A stretch of DNA of 64,000 nucleotides, from positions 92,008,001 to 92,072,000 of the forward strand of contig OZ024742.1 in NCBI GenBank assembly GCA_964016885.1, in the 5' to 3' direction. Source of the DNA: Eledone cirrhosa. Its lineage: Eukaryota. Below the pieces are notes generated by a model that was not told the DNA's origin, made no database searches, and worked only from the letters and a program-made list of their open reading frames with translations. The translations under genes and the position numbers were made by a program. Of the stretch, positions 56,544 through 64,000 are shown one piece after another. Position 1 is the first letter of the stretch. Each line of letters starts with the position of its first letter.

Positions 56544-57706
56544 TCTTTATATATATAAAAGCGAGGATGTGTGTGTATCTGTGTACAATTTTGCATGCAT
56601 AAGGCTTTCGCAATTACCAACTGAATTTGACCAAATTTTCTGTGCACGTTGCACAGGTCGCTAAGATTGTCACATCACAAACATTTTTCAAATCGACCCA
56701 CGTTGAGCAATAAAAAGTCGATATCAAAATTATCGGTAGAAAAATTGATGTAAGGGAGATAACAAACTTTATTGACAATCCTTATAAAAAAGCGTGATAA
56801 CCAACTTTTCAGAAATTGGTTTACCTCCTAATACATTGGTTCTGAAAGAGGGAACACCAGTTATTTTGCTGAGAAATATCACTCCTCCAAAACTATGCAA
56901 TGGTACACGCCTTGTGGTTAAAAATCTGTCTCCACTTAGTATTGACGCTACCATTCTATCCGGATGTAGAAAAGGCGAGGATGTGATAATAACAAAAATT
57001 AGCCTGACTACATCAGGTGTGGATACTCCCTTCTCCTTTCGACGAACCCAATTTCCTCTTCGTGTTGCCTTTGCGATGTCCATAAACAAGTCGCTGGAAT
57101 TCATTTGGATGAAGCTTGCTTTTCGCACGGACAATTCTACGTTGCCTGCTCACGAGTTGGCAGTCGAGATAATCTCTTTGCGTTTGTTCCAAAGAGAGAA
57201 ACAAAGAATATCGTCTATCCTGAAGTGCTTTAGTGTTAACAAAAAAACTTATTACAGCTCTGCTTTCACTTCACCTTACTCCTTACAAAACATACCAATG
57301 AATATGTCATGCAGGATATTTTGGATTATAAGTTAAAAATTTAACCATGCACAGCAAAGGATGCTCTTAAAGAATAGATTTTCTCTTATTCTACTCTCAT
57401 TGTTTTTTTGTTTGTATACAACTCTGCTTTCATTACAACTTTTTGTACTTTAGCAAAACTGCCTGTTTTTTTACAGATTTGCAACATGTATTGTCTTTAA
57501 TCATTTGTATAACTACATCCTCTTCAGTGTTTTCCTTCATTATCAGCATATGTACAAAGATTGCACTAAATATTCGTTTGCATTAATTATTGAAGATTTC
57601 TGCTTATTTTGACAGGTTGGGGACAAATAATGTTCTTCTTTTACTTCCTAGCTGTATATTCTTAGCATAATTTCAAACCCCGAGCAACGCCGGGTAAATC
57701 TGCTAG
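56544..57706 (+). mobile_element. Internally deleted Helitron inserted into the Penelope ORF
   Basis: A|TC 5' end (tctttatatatataaaagcgagg), 3' hairpin cccgagcaacgccggg, then CTAG|T. No TSD. Carries a helicase fragment. Confidence 0.92.
56794..57230 (+). pseudogene. Helitron PIF1-like helicase C-terminal fragment
   Basis: GLPPNTLVLKEGTPVILLRNITPPKLCNGTRLVV...FSFRRTQFPLRVAFAMSINKS. A shifted frame continues with FSHGQFYVACSRV. Confidence 0.92.
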
Positions 57707-57822
57707 TCATTACTATAAGTAAGTTTAAGTAGGAGTCCCAGACCACTGGTATCAATCCCACGGAATTCAACATTGCTCTCACTGATCATTTCTACGCATT
57801 TCTCCACAGCAAAATCCACGTC
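57707..57822 (-). pseudogene. Upstream piece of the same Penelope-like RT ORF
   Basis: DVDFAVEKCVEMISESNVEFRGIDTSGLGLLLKLTYSND joins in frame to TYDLSNLCPTRP... when 56544-57706 is removed. Confidence 0.75.
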
Positions 57823-58012
57823 CAACAAGTAACATGTAAATAAAATCCACAACCAACAAGTAACATGTAAATAAACAAATAAATAAACAATTAAAAACAC
57901 ACACAGACACCCGGATGTAACATATGCGCAAACTAAGCACACAACACACACAAAAACAAGATTGCGTAGGACAGAACAAAAGAGAAGCACAAAACAAAGA
58001 AAAGAATCCCCA

Positions 58013-58055
58013 GTCACTGAAGAGGTCACATAATGTGTGACGAAAGAACTTTGAC
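58013..58055 (+). ncRNA. Minimal type I hammerhead ribozyme motif in the inverted pLTR copy
   Basis: GUCA-CUGAAGA-G-GUCACA uaaug UGUGAC-GAAA-GAAC-UU-UGAC. Loop III GAAC is one substitution from palindromic GAUC or GUAC. Confidence 0.7.
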
Positions 58056-58195
58056 AATATATGAACAGCCGTCCAGTTGTGGAACCAACCAACCAAGCGG
58101 AAATTTATAAATTTTTAAAATTTATAATAAATTGGAGTGAAAGCAACTGGTGCGTGTGTTTCTTATTGGCAACATGACCCTCCCAAAGTATAACA

Positions 58196-58618
<423 letters not shown>

Positions 58619-59157
58619 AATCGAAAATGCAGCTGGAGTCTTTTTAAGAATGTTTATTTATGTCCTTTATTGGTTTCACAGTTCTTATGCTTTTCGAAAG
58701 TAAAACTGTGATGGAGGGTTTGTGGTTTGTCGTGCGAGATAAACCACACACCCTCCATCTCAATTGGTTATTCTGCAATATCAATCATGACATAATATGA
58801 GAAAAGCACTCAACGTTATGCAACTCATCCCTCTTTGATGTTGAATCATTTGGTGGTGCGGGAACGGTGTAAATGTATTATAAAGTGAAATGACAGGAGG
58901 CCCAATATGTTGAATTTCCTTAATTATTTATTTCTGCAAACACTATGCATATTTCAGCGGCCAGGTTGCGTAAGAACCCGGTGACATCTTCTGGTGTAAA
59001 TTGCGTAATAGATGTATACCAACGGAATGATGATAAACTTTAAAGAAACAATCAAGAAAAAAAAAACAGAGAAGAAAAAAAGTGTTTGTTTTTGACCCAG
59101 AGACGAACGAAGCCGTATGTTGTTAAATGCCTCACCGTCTCTCTCTCTCTCTCTCTT

Positions 59158-59206
<49 letters not shown>

Positions 59207-59211
<5 letters not shown>

Positions 59212-59520
59212 GGCGCATGGCTTAGTGGTTAGAGCATTGGGCTTGCAAACAGAGGGTTGTGAGTTTGATTCTCGGACCGGGTGATTTTTCACGTTGGTCC
59301 AGTTTACTCACCTGTAGAAATGAGCTGCGACGTCACAGGTGCCAAGCTGTATCGGCCATTTCCTTTCCCTTGGACATCTTCGGTGGCATGGAGAAAGGAG
59401 GCTGGTATACATGGACGACGGCTTGTCTTCCACAAACAAACTTGCCGGGACTTGTGCCTCGGGAGGATACTTTCTAGGTGCATATCCCATGGTCATTCGT
59501 GACCGACGGGGGTCTTTACT
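59207..59520 (+). mobile_element. S2-head SINE with a different, longer tail
   Basis: gtgaaggcgcatggcttagtggttagagc...gagtttgattc head, then a distinct body ending gaccgacgggggtctttac. Confidence 0.75.
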
Positions 59521-59886
59521 TATATATAAATTACATGTAGTTAACTATATGTCCAGTCAATTTCTACAGGCTAGTAGGAATATTAGGTAAATATCATGTA
59601 GCTGTACGTCGCGGAAAAGAAGCTATATCATTTATCTATTATTTCTTCATAAGTACATTTTAAACTTGTAGCCTCGTTTAAATGATTTTTTGTGGTTGAT
59701 TCATACTGATTGGGAGAGGAAATACTGTATATATTTTATCTAATGATTCTTTGGACTTACTTTTTTATATATTGCTCTGATTATTAATTATTTTATTAAT
59801 TCTTCATTGAGCCACACCGTGAATGGTTGCCAAAAACATATATATGTATCTATGACTTTGTCTAATTTATATATATATACCCTTTA

Positions 59887-60152
<266 letters not shown>

Positions 60153-60757
60153 TCTGCTGATTGTCTTATTTCCTGACTAAACTGGAGGGAAGCATTTGAC
60201 AGTATACACTCTGTTGACATCAATTTTCTTCTCATACCCATGTCAGTAAAGATAGATTCTATTATTGAAGTATTTTCTGTATAATAAGAGATAGAGAAAA
60301 AGTCTCATGACTGGGAATCTATTCACTAACCCGCTATACCCTTATGAAATATAACAGGCTAATAATAAATCTATTATTGTTATAAACACACGTACATACA
60401 CACCCATATTAATTTACTGTTTGGTCTGTTGGCTCGGCGAAACACGAGTATCAGTCAATAAATGCAGTAATAAATACGACCCTGCATTTTGCATGTAGTC
60501 ATACCATTAGTAAATGTTTGTTATTTTTCTGCCTATAAATCTACGACTCGACATTATCATTAATATGTATATCATATATATAGGACTAGAACTGTTTCAA
60601 CTTTATGAAACCATTATGGATGATTTCGTACGAATGAAACAGTTCTAGACCTTCCTATATATATATACAATAAAAATACCTATACTCTAAAAATATATTG
60701 AGTACTTTGAATCTACATTTCAAATGTGTACGTTCAAAATTAAATGAGTTCAAGAAA

Positions 60758-60759
<2 letters not shown>

Positions 60760-60788
<29 letters not shown>

Positions 60789-61330
60789 CTTCTTCTTCTT
60801 CTTCTTCTTCTTCTTCTTCTTCTTCTTCTTCTTCTTTCGTCCACTTATTTCTCATTGAATCTTGCGGGTAGAGTCTTCAAACACGCAACCCAGCGGGTCC
60901 TGTCAGAAGCAACCCTCTCCAACTGATCCGGCTGGATCCCCAAGCGAGACCAACCAAGCTCATCGATGTTATCCATCCATCTTGATTACCGAAGGCTGAA
61001 ACTGGCGCATTACTGCATTATCTCCTGCAATTCTTGCACTTAATTCAACATCCTGCCTTTCATCCCTCGTGTATACTGCCCCGAGATACTTAAACTTTTG
61101 CATCTGCTTCGGTGCATCCCCATTCATATGTAGATTGCACAGCGCAGGCTTCCATGAGAGAACGAGTATCTCAGTTTCCGCAGCACAGATTTTCATTCCA
61201 GTCATGAAGCCCTCCGCATCTCCTTCTGCGGAACTAAGTTACATCATGTCGTCTGTAAATTCCTACCGATTGATTTTACACCTGCCAGTTATGATGCGCA
61301 GATTCCGAAAATCAAATTCGTTTTTCTCTA
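60760..61330 (-). mobile_element. RTE-clade LINE 3' fragment with (GAA)n tail and internal deletion
   Basis: Minus strand FTDDMM (YADD equivalent), then ETEILVL...QKFKYLG...ELSARIA, jumping to an RW.DNI terminus. The (TTC)n run at 60760-60835 is the tail. Confidence 0.8.
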
Positions 61331-61421
61331 GGGCGCACCGTTTGTGAGCCTTTCGGGGACATACAAGTTTACATACACACATACACTTTCAAATATATAA
61401 TAGATAGAATATATATATATA

Positions 61422-61481
<60 letters not shown>

Positions 61482-61492
61482 AGTGTGTGTGT

Positions 61493-61523
<31 letters not shown>

Positions 61524-61528
61524 CGTGC

Positions 61529-61636
<108 letters not shown>

Positions 61637-62348
61637 AGAGAGAGAGAGAGAGAGAGAGATCTGATTGCTATAATTCATATGAAGGAGAGAATTGTGTTCG
61701 TAATATTATTGTGTTCTGCAATATTAGTTACTGACGTATTTTAAACCTACACACAAGCATACATACACCCACCCACACGCACACACATATATATATATAC
61801 GTAAGCACAGTCACACATTTTTTCCTATATATGCATACATGCATACGCATACAAATACACACACACACATATATATATGCAAAAACACCAATACATACAT
61901 AATCACATACACATGTAAACACATATATATGTAATGCATGCATATAAGTGTGCATATTCATGTACATAATATACGCCCACTATTACAGGCCTTTTACTAG
62001 TGTTAGAAAGCATTATTATTTGTAACGCCAGATTTAATATCTATATAGTCGAAAACAAAAGAGGGTTTACTTGTATTTCTATAGTAGAAAGCTCTCACCC
62101 TACGTAACTCTGGTCTATTCCACACGATAACTTCGCCCTTCCTGACTCTTACTGTCGGTGAAACTGGCTCCATGTCACCATTCAGTTCTCACACCCAGCC
62201 ACGTTCCCAGGCACTATGTTTAACCTGTCTTGTGCACACATTGTCACATGTCATCTTCGTTAGCTTGCCGGCGCACCGTGAGCTGCACGTGTCTTTTCCC
62301 CCTTAATTACAGTTATGTCTGTCTGCCGGCCTGCAGTACTCTACCTCT

Positions 62349-62384
<36 letters not shown>

Positions 62385-62388
<4 letters not shown>

Positions 62389-62560
62389 TCATCATCATCA
62401 TTTCATTTTACGTCCGCTTTTCCCTGCTTGCAAGGGTGGGACGGGAACTGATTTTGGCTTGATTTCTACAGCTGGATGCCCTTCCTAACACCAACCTCAT
62501 TTACAGTGAGTACTGGGTGCTTTTTTGCCGTGGCACCTCCACGACCACTTTGCAGTGGAA
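62385..62560 (-). mobile_element. SINE or LINE 3' end with an RTE-type (GAT)n tail
   Basis: (cat)n followed by ttttacgtccgcttttccctgcttgcaagggtgggacgg and ggatgcccttcctaacaccaacc. Confidence 0.55.
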
Positions 62561-62574
62561 TGATAGGGATCCCA

Positions 62575-62730
62575 GTCCCATCATCTCATTTCTACAGCTG
62601 AGTAAACTGGAGCAATGTGAAATAAAGTGTCTTGCTCAAGGAAACAACACATCACCCGGTCTGAGAATTGAACTCACAACCTTTTGATTGCAAGGCCAAT
62701 GCTCTAACCACTAAGCCATGTGCCTCCACA
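62575..62730 (-). mobile_element. S2 SINE (further diverged S2 pieces near 11960-12060, 12580-12680, 19275-19395, 26110-26210 and 45095-45390)
   Basis: tgaaataaagtgtcttgctcaagga...gaattgaactcacaacc...ctctaaccactaagccatg. Confidence 0.8.
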
Positions 62731-62749
62731 TATATATATATATGTGTGT

Positions 62750-62867
62750 ATATATAAATTTGTACATACATACACATATCTTTATATATATATGTATATA
62801 AATTTGTACATACACACACATATCTTTATATATATATGTATATAAATTTGTACATACACACACATAT

Positions 62868-62885
<18 letters not shown>
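62750..62885 (+). repeat. About 44-bp tandem repeat x3
   Basis: tatataaatttgtacatacacacacatatctttatatatatatg repeated. Confidence 0.85.
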
Positions 62886-62912
<27 letters not shown>

Positions 62913-63106
62913 CATATAAAGAAAGAGAGCGACGGAGAGAGAGGGGGTGGGGGGTGGGGGGAGCGTAGCACGTTGTTTATATGGTCTTTTTTTTATTAGA
63001 TTGCTCGAGACCCAATGTCTGAACTTCTACACTAAGTCTTTCAACAGATTTCCAAGGTATGAATTTCTCATTAAAGAAAACATTATTATTATCATTATTA
63101 TTATTA

Positions 63107-63590
63107 GGGCGGTTGATTGGCAGTATTGTAAAGCATTGACCAACATGCTTTCTGGTATAGAGTTACGGCCCTTTACGGTCTGAGTTTAAATCCAGCCGAT
63201 GTTATCTTTGCCATCCATCTTTACAGGGTCGATAAAATAAAGCACCGGTATTGCACTGGGATAATTGCCAAAAGTAGAAACAACTATTTCAATACGGGAG
63301 ACGAAGCGTTCTGCGAACGATGAACAGGACGCTCCTTTCTTCTTCCCTCCATAAAAAATGGTGCTGGATTGGCAATATCGTTAGAGCGTCCGGATGCCAT
63401 GCTTTACAGCATAGAGTTACGTCCCTTTACCCTCTGCGTTCAAATCCCGCAGAGGTTACATTTGCCTTTCATCCTCACGGAGTCGATCAAATAAAGTACC
63501 AGTCACGCACTGGGGATGATTTAATTATCCCAGGGTATTACTGGTACTTTATTTTATCGACCTCATAAGGATGAAAGGCAAAGTTAACCT
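63107..63590. mobile_element. Cluster of three S1 SINE pieces (two on +, one fragment on -)
   Basis: Copies at about 63107-63283 (+), 63359-63525 (+) and 63530-63590 (-). Confidence 0.8.
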
Positions 63591-63629
63591 GTGTAGTGTG
63601 GATCTTGATATTATACGCAAATATATATA

Positions 63630-64000
63630 GATATAGATATCAAATGAAATCGTAATTATCAATATACACAGAAATTGAACGAAGTCTGTGTTACACTCTC
63701 TTCTCTAATCAGCAAAGTAATCCATGATACATTTAAAAAAGACGATATTATATATAAACTGCATTAGGAAAAAATTAGTAATGGAAATATATGAATGCTT
63801 ATATAAGCGATGTAATAAATGTTATAATATAATGAGCGCTAACCGAAAGTGTTGACATTTGAACATTTTAAAGAAGTGAATCTTAAAATAAGCAGTGAAA
63901 TTATTTATATTTAATCAAGAGTTATGATATTTAGTACATACATTATGTAATATTCATTCATTATTTATTCAAAGTAATCCAACTTATTTTACAAACGGGA
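63630..64000 (-). mobile_element. Partial copy of Helitron family H2, running off the window end
   Basis: Shares blocks such as gtaatccatgatacatt..aaaagacgatattatatataaactgcatta and attatgtaatattcattcattatttattcaaagtaatccaacttattttacaaacggga with 2770-3089. Confidence 0.7.

Overview
AT-rich, microsatellite-dense animal genomic DNA. The SINE families and repeat landscape point to a coleoid cephalopod, probably an octopus (inference). One host gene is supported: a two-coding-exon, + strand gene (8661-8957 joined to 42086-42640, phase-0 GT-AG intron of 33,128 bp, 283 aa). It encodes a LURAP1/FAM89-type leucine-rich adaptor protein and probably has a long 3' UTR ending near 48.1 kb. The rest is repeats: tRNA-derived SINEs of at least three families, several Helitron-type elements with TC...CTAG ends, a Tc1/mariner relic with nested insertions, RTE LINE fragments, and a Penelope-like element (RT + GIY-YIG) with inverted pLTRs, each carrying a minimal hammerhead motif, interrupted by a helicase-bearing Helitron. 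The most unusual signal is a recurring class of short foldback elements in or next to (TA)n tracts. Three unrelated families are each mirrored around a stem followed by GAAA-NNNN-UH, the 3' half of a minimal hammerhead. Most long ORFs in the six-frame track are microsatellite artefacts. All calls were made by eye, with no database searches.
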